The notes: generated from the letters alone by a model not told the origin. 63,640 bases of DNA, filler included, from Rhabdomonas costata (GCA_019059605.1; 32 parts of 32 records of this genome joined end to end with filler, not necessarily neighbours in it); one strand, 5' to 3'; shown: positions 22,347 through 35,992, counted from the whole stretch's first letter. Translations and numbers: made by a program.

Positions 22347-23764
22347 CTGCTCCTCTTCGGCAGCCAACCTGGCCAGCATCTGCTCCGCGTCCTTGTTGAA
22401 TGGATCAATGCTGAGCACCTGCCGCCAATCCTAAACAGGCACACGCACATTTATAAATTGCGTGTGTGTGTGCCTGAATCCCACGATTCAGACTTGTCGA
22501 GCTCCTGCACACGTGCGCACATTCAAAAGAGAACGGTTGTGCAGGGCATAAACTTATTCTGATAAGCTCGAGCATGCCTTCCTCGGGGCAGCCTGGAAGC
22601 CCCGAGGCCTCAACAACCGCAAAGGGGGCAGCCTGAATGCCTACCCGCAAAGGGGGGAGGGGGAGATGAGTTCTGCAAATCCTCAGGACGGGCGCCCCAA
22701 AACGGTGTCCCCCAATGGCCGAAATGGTCCCCAAAGGGACTCAAAGCGGATATCGCTACCCTTACCTCCCCAATTGAATGCCTAAGCACTGTACACAGGT
22801 TTATCGGAGGGAAAGGATGGATCAAGCCTTATCACGGAGGCACAGAAGGGTTACTCAAATTATGTCAAGTTGTCTTTCTTCCACTCTTCTTTTCACCTCT
22901 ACTGAACAGGACGAAGTAAACTGACTGAGCAGGCAATGCTGCTCGTGCAGCGACAAAAATTGATCGGAGGTGGGAAAATGAGGTGGTTAGACTGGCCTAT
23001 TCAAAGGAGCACATAAGCGCGGGCTGGACCCTTCCAGCAGCTTCTGAGTTTCCTCGGCGCCACAAGGCGGAACCTCTCCGGAAGAGTGCCTTCACATCGG
23101 CAGGGTACTCCTCCAGAACTTTGTCACACGCATCAATGACGATCCCAAGCTCTCCTGTCAAATCGGGCATTTCTCAGCAAGCAAAGGCGGTCTTGTATGT
23201 TCACACAGAAGTGGAATGGTGCAGCGGCAGTAGCGATACAAACACAGGGTTGTTTACAGAGTCGATAAGACCGTCACCCAAGTATCGGAGAAACTTCTAC
23301 GGATGCAGGCAATTTGGAGCAAACCTACGTGCAAGGCAGCGGCGGCCTGATTCCTCAGAAGAGCGTAGTACAGCTCATCGAACACAGCTTTATCCGCTGC
23401 ACACACAAACGTGCCCTAAACGACCCTTTCTCGTCAAGCGCTTCGTAAGCAGCCGCAAAAAGCAAAAATTCCAGAGTTTTGCGCACAACAGGTCTCTTAG
23501 TGGATGCTTCTTCTAGAAGGCACATTTCTTCTATGACAAATGGGTGAAAGAAGAAGGCGTAACGCAGTAAGTCGAAAGATACTCGCTTCCAGACCTATCT
23601 ACCACGGTCATAAGCTGAAGGGCGCCGAGGGGCCAACCTCACGGACCTGGGTTGGGGGAAACGGGGGCCAGGATGTCCACCCCAGAAGAGTACGACTGAA
23701 GCGCCTCCTCCCACTTCTTCTTCCGGAAGAACTCGTTCCCATTTGTCTTACATGCCGAGGCCGC
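22347..23764 (-). CDS. TPR-repeat co-chaperone-like protein (FKBP/AIP-type three-TPR clamp), four exons (23764-23647, 23396-23325, 23154-23030, 22430-22347)
   Basis: The spliced product reads ACKTNGNEFFRKKKWEEALQSYSSG...LLRNQAAAALHVG|ELGIVIDACDKVLEEYPADVKALFRRGSALWRRGNSEAAGR|DWRQVLSIDPFNKDAEQMLARL. All intron phases match. Confidence 0.88.
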
Positions 23765-24038
23765 CTGCGAGGATAGCACACCGCTTGCACAAACGACGCA
23801 TACGCCCCCCCCCCTCTCTCATNNNNNNNNNNNNNNNNNNNNNNNNNNNNNNNNNNNNNNNNNNNNTTAATTAATTAANNNNNNNNNNNNNNNNNNNNNN
23901 NNNNNNNNNNNNNNNNNNNNNNGTGGTGGGTGTGTTTGGGGTTGGGTGGGCTGTGATGAGTTTGCGGCTGTAGGCACCTTTGAAACCCACCTTCCCATAT
24001 CTGCTTGTGCGCGTCTTTGGACCTTGTTAACTGCTCAG

Positions 24039-25409
24039 TTCTGGCTTTGGACAATGGTGTGGGTGAGCATTCCTTCCTGCTGCTTGTCTGAAGACCTGGT
24101 GGACTCACGTGGTCTCTCTTCATTGGTGGGGAGTGAGGAGTTCAAGGAGGACCAAACGGCCAAAACCGTGGTCATTTTTTCAGATGAAGATTTTGTGCCC
24201 TTCTGACTGCTGATTGACATTATTTGATGCGATAACTGGCATTTTGTCTTGCTCGAATGCAGATGACGGCGGTTTACAGTGCGATCCTGGGCGTTGTGGT
24301 GGTGAGCAGCATGTTTGTGGTGGCTCGACTTCGTGCAGAAATTGCCGAGATGACCGAGGTGTGCATGCCTGCATGTGTGTTCAAGCGATCAAACAAGTCG
24401 CGTTCAATGACGCTGAGCGTGAGGGAAAATCGCGGTAATTTAAGGAGCCTTTACTAAGTGAGTGTCGTTCGTTGTGTTGTGATGTTGACTGGTGAAACAC
24501 GTGGAGGGAGTCGGAAGACGCCCGAAAGGCCGATGTTCATGTAAGAACGATGGTGATCTTGCCTTCTGGGAACAAAGCTGGACTTCGGCAGCAGCGGGAT
24601 GCCCTTGTTGGGGGTGCAGGACGCTTTCTGCTCAGCATCCCTATTTTGAGATTTCGTACTTGTTTTTGGATTTTTGTTTTGGGGCAGGCTGAGTTGACTG
24701 CGGAGTGCGTATGCGAGATGACCTTAGACAAGATTCCCCCTCTGCCCCGCGACCCCTCACCGATGCAGCTGCTGATGTCGCAGATCGTAGCCAAGATGCG
24801 CGTGTACCGGTGTGCGGATGCATGGGCTGTTTGTGTGTATGTTCGTGGTTTTTGATTCCCCAGGGCCCTCCAACGGAAAGGCATCGCCCGTTTGGGAGGT
24901 GCTGTAACCAAGCGCCTTGTTTTCCTGGAAATGCCACAACGGGGCTCATGGGCAAGACTTGGGCATTCCTCGGATATGGTGAAAGCGGTGGTAGAACTGG
25001 ATATTGCAGCCCGAGTTGGCAGTTGGCAGTTCCTGTTGTGCAAACATTCTATAACGACCGCAGATACTCGCGCACCTCAGGCCAACCTGACAGGGCGACT
25101 CTGCCGCCGAGCAACCGGGTGTGGTTGTGATTCTGCACGCTGTTTTTCTGTGATTCTGCCGCCTGTTTTGCTTCTTGGCAGGCCGTACCTCCCGGACTCC
25201 CTATTCATCCGCGGAACCGAGTCTGACTCCTCTCCTGAGAGCCTTGGGGAGGAGGAAGGAGATCAGGACGATAAGGGTGACCTAAGGGGCAAGCCGCCCC
25301 GGCAATCCACTGTGGTGGTGCGCATCCCTTCTGAGGAGCACCCCTCCGGGGAGCTCGGCAGCCTGCCTGGAACTTCCGATGCGGATGGCTCCCAGGATAA
25401 CGCGTCGAG
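24039..25409 (+). CDS. Membrane protein, probably the N-terminal part of a receptor-type adenylate/guanylate cyclase; four exons (24039-24194, 24263-24358, 24688-24809, 25182-25409)
   Basis: Phase-compatible GT-AG introns; TM segment, HAMP-like helices, then KMRVYR|PYLPDSLF, the linker that typically precedes class III cyclase domains. The catalytic domain itself is not in the contig. Confidence 0.6.
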
Positions 25410-26465
25410 GTTCGGTACCACCCACCCTTTACATAATTGATAAAGCTTGATTCGAAACGGTTCCTGGGAGGATCATTGATTTTCCATAACCATAACATAG
25501 GGTCGAATAGAGGGATTTTGGATGCGCCTTCCCGCGCGAGATAATGATGACCTTTCGCTGTGCTTTCCGCTCAGTGACACCAAGCGAGAAAACGAAGCAT
25601 GAAAAAGACTTTTCAGAAAGGCCCTATCTCCACACCGTATAACGACGTTTTACCATGTGAGCGGTCAGATAATTCTGACCCTCGGAAACTCAAAACCCTC
25701 CACGCAGCGTTTGGGGAGGCTTGCAATGTTTACCAAAGACCCCAGGCCAATCCGGCTTGGCCCTTCTGTGACCTTTCATTTGATAAAAAGGATAGACGGT
25801 TTAATCCCCCANNNNNNNNNNNNNNNNNNNNNNNNNNNNNNNNNNNNNNNNNNNNTTAATTAATTAANNNNNNNNNNNNNNNNNNNNNNNNNNNNNNNNN
25901 NNNNNNNNNNNTGTTTGTGGGCAAAAGCCCGTAATTCACACACTGTCTCTCATGTGTCAGTTTGGGTGTTGAAGGAAAAGGGAAGCTGAAGAAGCAGGGT
26001 TGTTAACTCAGGTTGTTGGATGTGGCAAGGGTTTCAGCCAAGAAATGATGGAGGGTTGAGGTTTGCAAAAAAAAAATAGAAAGCAAGAACGCGCTGTATA
26101 TTCATTGGGTATCTGCCGAAAGGCCTCCTAGCGCCTTGATACCCATTCGCTGTGCGGGGGGAAGGGGCGGAAGGCTCACCTATACCAGAATCCGGACTCA
26201 AAGGAACAAACATGCGCACTGAGACCCACCCACCATGAGAAAACGTACACTCAATGGGACGCGCGCAAACACACACATGCACTGGGACACCACTCGATCT
26301 AAGGAGATGCGGGGGATGGGCCCTGCTCAGCAAAAGATCATTTAACGGACACCCTGTCAACCCAAGTCTAGGTGAGCCCTTCCCCCTTTCTCGGAGAGAA
26401 TTTTCAATGTGGTGGCTGGTGTCGACTTGGTTTCGACCTTTTTCGTGCTTCTCACACGGATGCAC

Positions 26466-27229
26466 CTGAAGCGCAGCAGCGCATTCCTCCGCAGATATCC
26501 CTGCAGGCCCGCAAAGGGAGACCACCCACTCCCCACCTTCGCCCCTCTCACAGCGGAGGGTCGGCTGCTTTCGGGCCCACCGCACAAAGTCGTCGGCGCA
26601 GAGCACCTGCGGAGTGAAAGAAGTGAAATAAGCCTCTTTCCACGAAGACGCAGAATTGGCGCGGATTACATGCCCTACCATCCACCGGGCCACAGCGGAT
26701 CACGTACTTCTCAACCGCCACGTTCACTGCTTTTTGATGGGAGGTGCTTTTGGGCTGCTCCTATTCTGGGCCACAAGTGAGGTCAGATTTTCATCAACTT
26801 CTCAGAAGTACTCTGCACGACACTTTAGGGGCGACATTTTCTTGCAGCGCGCGCAAGGACGACGCACCTCAACACTTCAGGTGTCTGCAACCACAACTCA
26901 CGAGCTAGGATTGGGTAACGAGTTGCCTATTCAGGAAGAAAGGGCAAGTCATGGCCAAAACAGCCCATGGAAGTGTGTAGCCAAATTGGATGTCTGGACC
27001 CAAGATGTCCACGCGGACCTTTCCATCAAAGATCGGCGCTGGCTCTGAGTCTTCCTTGGCCGCCCCGGTGGGCTCGATACCCTCAGTAACCCTTTCTCCA
27101 CCGAAGTTGGCACAGAGGCTTTCGAGGGAGCAGCCGTGGCCAGGCTGGCCTTGCAAGAACTCCACCAGCCGCAAGAGCTGTTGGGGGTCCTCCTGCTGGC
27201 CTTTACCCAGAGAGCGGTCTTGCTTTGGC
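26466..27229 (-). CDS. Exons of an unknown protein (about 27229-27019 and about 26674-26466)
   Basis: Coding-like frames (QQLLRLVEFLQGQPG...; SSWKEAYFTSFTPQVLCADDFVRW...) with AG/GT ends. The junction between them is unresolved. Confidence 0.4.
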
Positions 27230-30200
27230 CTGTGAGAAACCCAAACGATCACGAAAGGCCGGAGATGCCCACACGTTATAAGCTGCCATGGTAAAAACGT
27301 TTCTAACTGTCACTGCGCATGACCTATATCTCACTAAGAGACGACCAACTTGTGGCTACGTCTCGGCTGCACCCAAGATGCCAGATGGACGATCAATGGG
27401 ACCGGACCAACTGCCAAGTGAGAAAAATCCCTGCATAAACGCAGTGGTAGCTTGGCATGGTTTCACAGAAAAACATCCACACTAAATACAGTCACATCAT
27501 AGCTCTGCTTCCACATGCTTGATGTTGGAGAGCATTGCCTTTTTCACCAAATTCGATTTGGATGTGGCTGCTCCGGAGGAAGAGGCAGATAAACGGGAAA
27601 AGCGATACTCTGGATCCAGGATCTCCCCTGAATGAATCTCAGGGGATGTTCCAACAGCAGGAGGGACTTGCAAGCACTCTCCTGCCCGGGAAAAAGGATA
27701 GCAAAAAATAAACCTCAGGGAAGCTGTGCAGAGCGAGGGGGGGGGTAGTCCGCCCCCACGTCCCTTCGCCCAAACCGATTCAAAAGTTCAAAATTTCCAA
27801 AACNNNNNNNNNNNNNNNNNNNNNNNNNNNNNNNNNNNNNNNNNNNNTTAATTAATTAANNNNNNNNNNNNNNNNNNNNNNNNNNNNNNNNNNNNNNNNN
27901 NNNGGTGTGTGTATGTGTGTATGTGTGTATGTGTGTATGTGTGTATGCAGACTGACACGATCGAAAAACGATGGCTGCCTTTCTGCCGTTCTGCCGTTCG
28001 GCGACTGGCTGTTTATGGTGTAAGAGAGAGAGAGAGGTCAGTCTGTCGCACCTTCGGACTTCCATAAGTCCTCCTCAAAGCTGCATAAAGCGACCTCCTT
28101 GAACACACCCAAGGAATTGACTCGCTGCAGTACTTCTCCCTGGGTGCGGCGTGAAACAAGGAGTGCGCTTGACCAGGATTTATACAAGCATGCTGACCCG
28201 GGGGGGGGGGCAGCCAAGACAGTCAGCGTCTTGGTGACAACAGCAGCTGACAAGGCACGAGATTAATATACAAATGTTTAGGTTGCAGTTTCAGGAACCC
28301 GCTCTTTGCTCTGTTCTGACCTCTGACAACACCGAAACGAATATGCGATGGTTAAGAGATGAAATGTGGTGCAGAAAAGACAACAAAAGTTTAACATCCC
28401 GTTCCCACACAAACGGCAACGGTTTATGTCTGCGAAAATAAAATTTCGCTCGTTCAGCAAGGAGGCCGGAGAAACCATCAAGAGATAATTCTCCACGTTG
28501 ACCCCGTTTTCAGGCCAATTTCTCCGCTGGCAAAATGATTTTGGTGACGTATCATCTTGACCACCACGAAGCCAAGAACGTCGTTTTTACGTTTTTCAAA
28601 ACAGTTTTCCGGTTTTTCAAGTGACTTTCACATCTAAAAAAGCACTCGGGCCCAGCAGCAGCTGCCCCCGAGGCAAGCAGCCAGGCACAATCGAAGAGGG
28701 AAAGACAGAGCCTGCATGCACAGAAAGGTGCAGAGGTGAAGAGAGGTACCACGTCAAGTCGGGCGCGAGGGTAGCCCAACAGGTTGTCCTCCACATCCAC
28801 CCTCCGCTAAGGATCGAAAAAAAAAAGCCAGGTAGTGCGAAAAAAAGAAATTAAACATACCTGCGTGCCTGCTTTCAGACCATGCCCTTCCCTCTTCGTC
28901 ACCCTTCCCTCACCGTCAATAGGAGATCTCAGCCCTATGGGAGGAGAGGGAAAGCGCTCTGTACCTGCTTTCGGCGTCCACAGCAGCACAACCATGGAGT
29001 GAACCAAGCTGAATACATCGCTTTCACGGGTGACGACGAACTAACAGATGAAGTAAGGTCTGAAAAACTCCAGCAGCTGTCGGGACAAAGCAAAGAAAAA
29101 CGCAAAATGCACCTGAAGTAATGAAGGGCATCACTTTCTGGAACCCTTTGAGCAGAAGGAGAAACATTGAAACAACTGACGTGATGCAACTCTTTTAGTC
29201 TTCAGGTTGACTTCGCTCCCATTTTTATAAATGCGCACAGGATGACATCTGCTTTGCAGGACTCTCAATGGATAGCGTGGTTGAAACTTTGGGTTTGGGG
29301 CACAAAACCAGAAACCAGCGCTACCCGTGGGGCATTGCCAAAGTGTACCCCCCCCCCCTTTTTGTTAAAAACAACATCAATAAGAGTGTGCTGACACATA
29401 TTACCATGCTCGCCCACGAGCAAAAATTAAAATCGCGTGACAAGAATTGGCGGCTTATCAGTGTTAAACGTCCAGGGGTGTTAACAGTCAAAGTATATTG
29501 GTGTACTTTCGGTGTACTTTTTGCGGAGCAAGTGGAACAGCCGAAACGCAATATTTCCGAAACAACTGAACGGTGTTAAACGTTGGACGCTACCACCCCC
29601 CGCTTCGAAAAAAGCTTTTCGGGGTGATAGGTCTGCTGGTGCGACCATATCCATTACTGGAGAAGTTTGTGTGATTTCCGGATGGTGTTCGGGTTGTTTG
29701 ATTGGTTTTCATTTGACCTTGGTCAGCTTCCAAACAAAATCGGCCTTCAGCATTTTATTTAAGATTCGGGTTTCAGATTTTTCCGGGGGGGNNNNNNNNN
29801 NNNNNNNNNNNNNNNNNNNNNNNNNNNNNNNNNNNTTAATTAATTAANNNNNNNNNNNNNNNNNNNNNNNNNNNNNNNNNNNNNNNNNNNNGGGGGGGGT
29901 GGGGAAGGTGTGGGCGAAAGATCCCCATAGCGGGCCCTAAGGCGGTCTCGCAGTGCCTTGTCCTCAGCATAATGCCGCATAATCCTGCCCACACATAAAC
30001 ACGCAGCTGCGGCTGCATGGCGCGCGCAGATCTCGAAGGAAGAAAAGAATGGCATTTGTGAGCAAGCGCACCGATCCATTCGACGGTCCCAATCGGGAGA
30101 CTTCTCTTCGCAGTCACTTCCATCACCACCACGGAACGGGTAACCCTGAGAGTGCAACAGAAATCAAAGCTGGATTTGATGGTGGGAACAAAATGGGAAT

Positions 30201-30507
30201 GAAGAATCGAATTTGATAGGAAACAAGACAAGTAAAGGTAGCCAACACACAGATCATAACCTATCCCCCACCGCTTGACTTTAAAGTGAATGGAGCAAAT
30301 GGAGCAAAGTTCTGTTCTGGCTGCAGCACGCATACACGCAAGTGCTCTCTGATCACCCAAGAGCGTCGGCTCAAAACAATGATATCCAAACCCAATCAAC
30401 TCGCATCTTTCACACAACTCACACAAAGCCCAAAAACGTACGGTTTCGCCGCGCGGCGGAGAGTGAAGCGGCACGCCCCTGGTTTGGGGAAAGGACCCGA
30501 CCCTCAC

Positions 30508-30687
30508 ATGAGAAGGTTCGTCCCAACGCTCCTCCCCATCTGTGCAGATGTGGCGAAACCCCAGCATCCCCAATTCCAGTACCCATATTTTTTCAGTTTC
30601 TCGTTGAAGGGCTTTATATTCCCCTTTATTCAGACGAGTTATCGCATGAGCATCGAACCACTTGGAAGGCGTAGCTTCCTGCGCCAT
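30508..30687 (-). CDS. Probable first exon of an unknown protein (MAQEATPSKWFDAHAITRL...)
   Basis: ATG preceded by a T-rich AG; open frame to a putative GTGAGG donor. Confidence 0.35.
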
Positions 30688-31373
30688 GGCCCGTAGGTTT
30701 GTAAGGTGTGCATCTTCAACTAAAAAATATTTATCAAGGAACTCTCATTTCTTTAGCAGTTCTTTTTCCCGCGGGTAGTAGAAGCGGCGAACTCACCAGA
30801 ACTCCCACACAACAAATCCGGAACAATGGGGCTAAACACCCGCTTTGACATTTTTTGACAGTCTGGAATCTCCTAATCAAAATATCTATTTCAATTTTTT
30901 TGTGAAAGAGAACGGAACCGTGTTCATGTCCAACAAACGAGGTGTCCGGTACCACAGACGGTTCAGCAAGCAAAGAACAGCAGAGCACGTGCAATGGTTC
31001 AAAGACCACGTACACCAAAAATGCTTGGGACGAGCCGAAAGACATTTTAACCCAGAAATTCATTTGCATCGGACCGGAAGAAACGCCAACCTGTGGCATC
31101 CCAAGGACAGTCGTCAACTTTTCTGCGCTTTTTACTCAACAAGGTGCGCTTTTGACCGAACAAGTCCTCGGCGTCACCGGAATCAGAAGAGTCTGACCAA
31201 AGCAACGAAATGGAACTCTGACACCCAGCTCCCAAGAAGACCGAAGGTTTAAATATTTCTTCAGCTCCGCAACCCGGAAGGCAGTAAACCGCAACCGCAA
31301 AAATATTGCAATTAAACGATTGCACAAATAATGGTCTGATGAAGTCTCAGTGGTCATAAAAAAGCTGTGTTTT

Positions 31374-31374
<1 letters not shown>

Positions 31375-31412
<38 letters not shown>

Positions 31413-31451
31413 CACACACACATGCACACACACATGCACACACACACACAC
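31375..31451. repeat. (CA)n microsatellite with CATG interruptions
   Basis: Read directly from the sequence. Confidence 0.95.
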
Positions 31452-32637
31452 CGTGAAGAGCCCCGGATTCCGATGTGTGAGTGGTCATGCTGAAGAACGT
31501 TTTTCCAAGCCCTTTTTATGAAATCACCTCAACTCAGTTCAGTTTACAACCTTCCTGGAACCACAATACCTCAGCAACCTCCAGGGAACCACAATAACTC
31601 AGCAACGACCTTCTGCAAACGGGTTGTACGCCTTTTTCGGGCGTTTTCGCGGGACATCTGAGAGAAAAAACAATATTAAACTCATGCAGCACTAGGTGTT
31701 TAGTCTCAGAGACGGCGTAGTTTCGGTCAACTATAAACGAGCACGGAAACCAACCTAAGGAAAATCCAAATGAAATGCCGACCTCCAGNNNNNNNNNNNN
31801 NNNNNNNNNNNNNNNNNNNNNNNNNNNNNNNNTTAATTAATTAANNNNNNNNNNNNNNNNNNNNNNNNNNNNNNNNNNNNNNNNNNNNCCAAAAAAATTG
31901 TCCCAGAGTATGGGGCATGAAAAGGTGGAGGAGGAAGGGGGGCGGATCCTTCTTTCTTTTGTGACCTGTTTCACGAATGAAATCTGAATCTGAATCTTAA
32001 GCTTTCGGGTATGTCACGACATGGTGCCTTCCCTCTTTCACCCCCTGCAAGTCACACAGTAAATGGTTTTCACGGCCGTTATAGAGTCTTCGCTCTCAGA
32101 AAAGCATCTTCTACAGCGAGAGTCTGCAAAAAAAAAGGGGGGGGGGCAGCACCTATGGCACCTATGCCCCGACCTGAGCTTCCCCGGATGCGACACCACG
32201 GCTATAGGTATCCGGCCTCCTGACTTACTTCTCGCCGCGGTTTGTCCGTCCTTGGACACCAGGGGTATAATACACAATGCCTGCTTGAAATGTACTTTAT
32301 ATTCACCAAAGATCAGAAATTTCCGCAGCCTCCACGGCGAATGCCCACAAGAGACCAAATATTTCCGATGTTAAAAAATGGGGAAGGTCAAATGCGGCAG
32401 AGCAAACAGCCAGCATATGTGTTATTTCAATTTTTATTTTCCACTGGCCTTTTAAGTCCGAATTATTCTATTTCACTGTTACCACAGTTCTCACTTTTAA
32501 AGTGGTGCGGACAACAAGAACTTTTGGAAGTCACTGGATTCTCTCTCTGGTACAGCAGATAGTGGTGCGACGTGCACTCTTATTGCCTCTCCAGCCATGG
32601 TCACCAAGAAATGAGCGAGCTGAGGGACTGGGAACAC

Positions 32638-32850
32638 CGTGGTGTGGTCCAGAACGTAATCCACCACGGTCTCCATCCGCCCGAAGAGGTAGTAGGGGTA
32701 GGGGAATAGCTCCAGGCTGTCCACCACGGAGTTCCCCTTCAACACTCGCAGGCAGGCTGGCAGGGAGGGTGGCACAGCCCACTCCGGACACTGGAAGAAG
32801 GGCTCCTGTGCGCGGGCCTTGCCCTCAGGGACTCCAGGAAGGTGAGTCAT
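32638..32850 (-). CDS. FHA-domain protein (NIPP1/kanadaptin-like), first exon
   Basis: PFFQCPEWAVPP...LRVLKGNSVVD...YYLFGR...DYVLDHTT| matches the start of the NIPP1-type FHA domain; GTGTTC donor. Confidence 0.8.
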
Positions 32851-33629
32851 TCTCCTCCCCTTCCCAGAGGATGGGAAGGTGGGAGGATGGGGAAGGGTGG
32901 GCGAAAACCGCACAAAGACGAAGATGCACTAATCGAAAAAGTACGACGAAGAAGAGAGAGGGTGCCATATAAAGCGATGACGCAAAAGCAGCGAAAGAAA
33001 CGTGGACACAGCGCGGCAAAGGGTGGGGTACGGGAAAGAGGCAGGAAACGCACGCCAATAAAAGAGGAATAATAGGGAACTATTCTTCTGCTTCCAACCT
33101 TTTTTTTTCACCCTTTCGTTCATATTCCATTTCATTAGTTGGTGTGGGCACGGTAAAAGTAAGGCCTCGGGCCAACACCCGAAACCCTGAACAAGGAGAA
33201 AAATTCTCTGCCAAAAGCATGGGCCATTTGCCGGATTCTGACATGCTTAGCCCTGGTAGACGGCAGAACAGAGGTCAACCTGTGAAGCGCTGGGCAACCC
33301 TTCCGTTCCGTTAGTGAAAGCGCTCGAGGGGTCAGATCTTTACAAGGATACGAAGGCAAGTGATATCACAAGCACGTGGAGTGCAGCTGAATCCAAATGG
33401 TGGAGCAGTCAAAAGAAAAAGAAATTCGAGAGGTAATTTTCAAATTAAGTATTGGAAAACTTTTCAGAAAACTAAACAATTGACGGAGATTAATTCCAAT
33501 TCCAATGGTCAATTTGAAAAACGCGGCAGGAAATTTTCCGACAAATTTCAGCGGTAGACTTGCATTTTTTTAATAAACCTAAAGCCAATAATTGGAAAAC
33601 ACACAATGCTATACAAACATGGTTAGTGA

Positions 33630-33777
33630 TGTGGCGAGATGATGAAAAGGGCAATGTAACGCATGGGGACTCTAATCAATGTGCTGTTTGATGCCACTGT
33701 GCAGCGCGAGTGTAAATAAACAGCACATTGATTAGAGTCCCCATGCGTTACATTGCCCTTTTCATCATCTCGCCACA
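33630..33777. repeat. Perfect 60-bp inverted repeat with 28-nt spacer at a contig end
   Basis: Arms 33630-33689 and 33718-33777 are exact reverse complements. Confidence 0.92.
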
Positions 33778-34455
33778 CANNNNNNNNNNNNNNNNNNNNN
33801 NNNNNNNNNNNNNNNNNNNNNNNTTAATTAATTAANNNNNNNNNNNNNNNNNNNNNNNNNNNNNNNNNNNNNNNNNNNNGGGGGGTTGGGGGCATAAAAA
33901 AAGAAAGTCAAGAAAAGAAAAGGGATTGATAGAGGTGTTTATTTCCGCGACCGCCGTTGTATCCTGTGTCTGGTTTATATTTCCCATTGCTGTGCTTTTA
34001 GTTGGGTCAGCGCTGTCACTATTCCATTGGGGTGCAGCTGGACTTAAATTTGTACTCGAATCGGTGAGCTTTCCATTTCTGGTTCTTCCATTTGCCTATC
34101 CATGCCTTCGCTGTTGGGGGCAGAATTTGCGTTTCGGGTATCACATTTAGACATTCTTTGAGATAAAAAAGTGATTGTGTTGGTTGGAATGAACTTAAAA
34201 AAAAACACTCATATCCATAATACTTAACGATTAACATATGGAACAGAAAAGGCAAAGACGATCGCAAACAACATAGCACTGCGCTGGTGAGTAAACCAGG
34301 TGTCCCATTCAAAAAGATGCAGTATGTTTGGAAAACTCATGTGAAGTACATGGCATCGGGCAGTGTTGAAGCACTGACCTGACGTGCGCCATGGTCAGAG
34401 GACATCAGGAACATGAAAAAACAACCCCCTCTCCCACCCTAATCCTACAGGCAAC

Positions 34456-34956
34456 CTGCTTGTGTCACCCACCAGCGACTGGCACCGGGAGAGCATCGCG
34501 CGAGCATCCTCCAAATACTGCAAGGAAAAAACTTCCAGCAATCTCACGCGAATAATTGCCCTGAGGCCACCAACCCCACCTCTGCTCTGTCTTTTGCCTT
34601 TTGGAGTTGGAAATGAGAAAAAGCTGAAGAGCGGAACAAGGTCGAGATTCCCATGTAGCTTCGCCCCTCCAATAGAGCGTTCACTGGCGTCTGCTAAGTT
34701 CTCCACTGCCCACATACCGCCCGATGGTATCCCACGCTTCCCGCCAACACATAATCAGCTGCACAGCCGAACACCCGAGACAGAGACGATGACAAATCTG
34801 AGTCCATACCGCCTTCAGGTGGAGCCTGCGCTCGGCGGTCTCCATCGGGGCTGCCAAGCAGCACGAGATCAGCCGCTTCAAGTTGATCCGCAGGTGCTCC
34901 ACGGAGTCCGGAGGGGCCGCCAGCCCCTCAAAGCCGCTCACGGCAGCAGAGGGCAT
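34456..34956 (-). CDS. USE1-like SNARE, first two exons (34956-34810, 34517-34456)
   Basis: LRINLKRLISCC...RLHLKA|YLEDARAMLS resembles the USE1 N-terminus (LElNLxRLLsRCE...RLEKYV); phase-0 GT-AG junction. Confidence 0.5.
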
Positions 34957-35881
34957 GACCCCCCTCCCAAAAGAAAAGGGTAAAAAAGTTCAACAAATCA
35001 GAGAGCGCATAATGATATCCTGGAGAGCGCAGCAATTGCCCCGTAGCAACCACTCCCTGGGTTCCTGTTGTTCGTTCATGTGTGGTGGACCGCTGGGGAT
35101 GATTTGTGCGTTCCGCTTGTCATTCCGGAAATCATAACGAGTGTAAGAATATCACCGCACCCGCGAAAGGAAGTGGTGATGGAGGTGGAGTTAATGCACA
35201 GAATTGCGCTGCTGTTTCGTTGTTCACATTGAAAGAAGGGCTTTATAGGGTGGGCGTGACCAATCGTCACAATCTGCAATCGTCCCAAATGGGTGTCCCG
35301 TATCGTAAAAGACTTTCAAACAACAACTGAAAGACCAAAACTACCACTTCTCACAGCCGAAGAGTGCGGCACGAAAATGGAGAGGGAGAGGGGGGCGCAG
35401 GATGAAGTATAAAGTGGCGCGGTGAGGGGGGCTATCATTGTCTCAACGATAAACGGTATATACACAAAAGGTCACCACCATACAAAACACTACAAAGCAC
35501 ACGCATAACGTGACAGCCCGCCGTCATCATTATAATTATCCCCAGAGACGGAGGCTCCGGCCAAGAATTAGCAGAAAACCCCCCCACAGCGTGTAATGCG
35601 GAAGGGGATCCCTCCCCAGCCTCAGCCGATTGCTCTGTGTCACCCCAGCCCCGGGACCGCGGAGACGCAGTACGCCCCGCAGCTCTGGTCGCACAGTTTG
35701 CGCAGAACCTCCGTGTCCGAGAGCCGTACCCCGTTCACCGCGAGGCCCACCCACCACCCGTCCAACCAACCNNNNNNNNNNNNNNNNNNNNNNNNNNNNN
35801 NNNNNNNNNNNNNNNTTAATTAATTAANNNNNNNNNNNNNNNNNNNNNNNNNNNNNNNNNNNNNNNNNNNNTGTGGTGTGT

Positions 35882-35992
35882 AAAAGCCCCACCGCCTCCA
35901 GCTCAAGCCACAGCTTGCAAGCCTGTGCAGCCCTCGTGTGGGGGCGCAGAGGCTTGCAAGCTGTGGCTTGAGCTGGAGGCGGTGGGGCTTTT
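35882..35992. repeat. Perfect 43-bp inverted repeat at a contig start
   Basis: Arms 35882-35924 and 35950-35992. Confidence 0.92.

Noticed and set aside
29892-30507. Downstream part of the 283-aa ORF
   Set aside because: Intron-like composition, and the ORF runs into the N linker.
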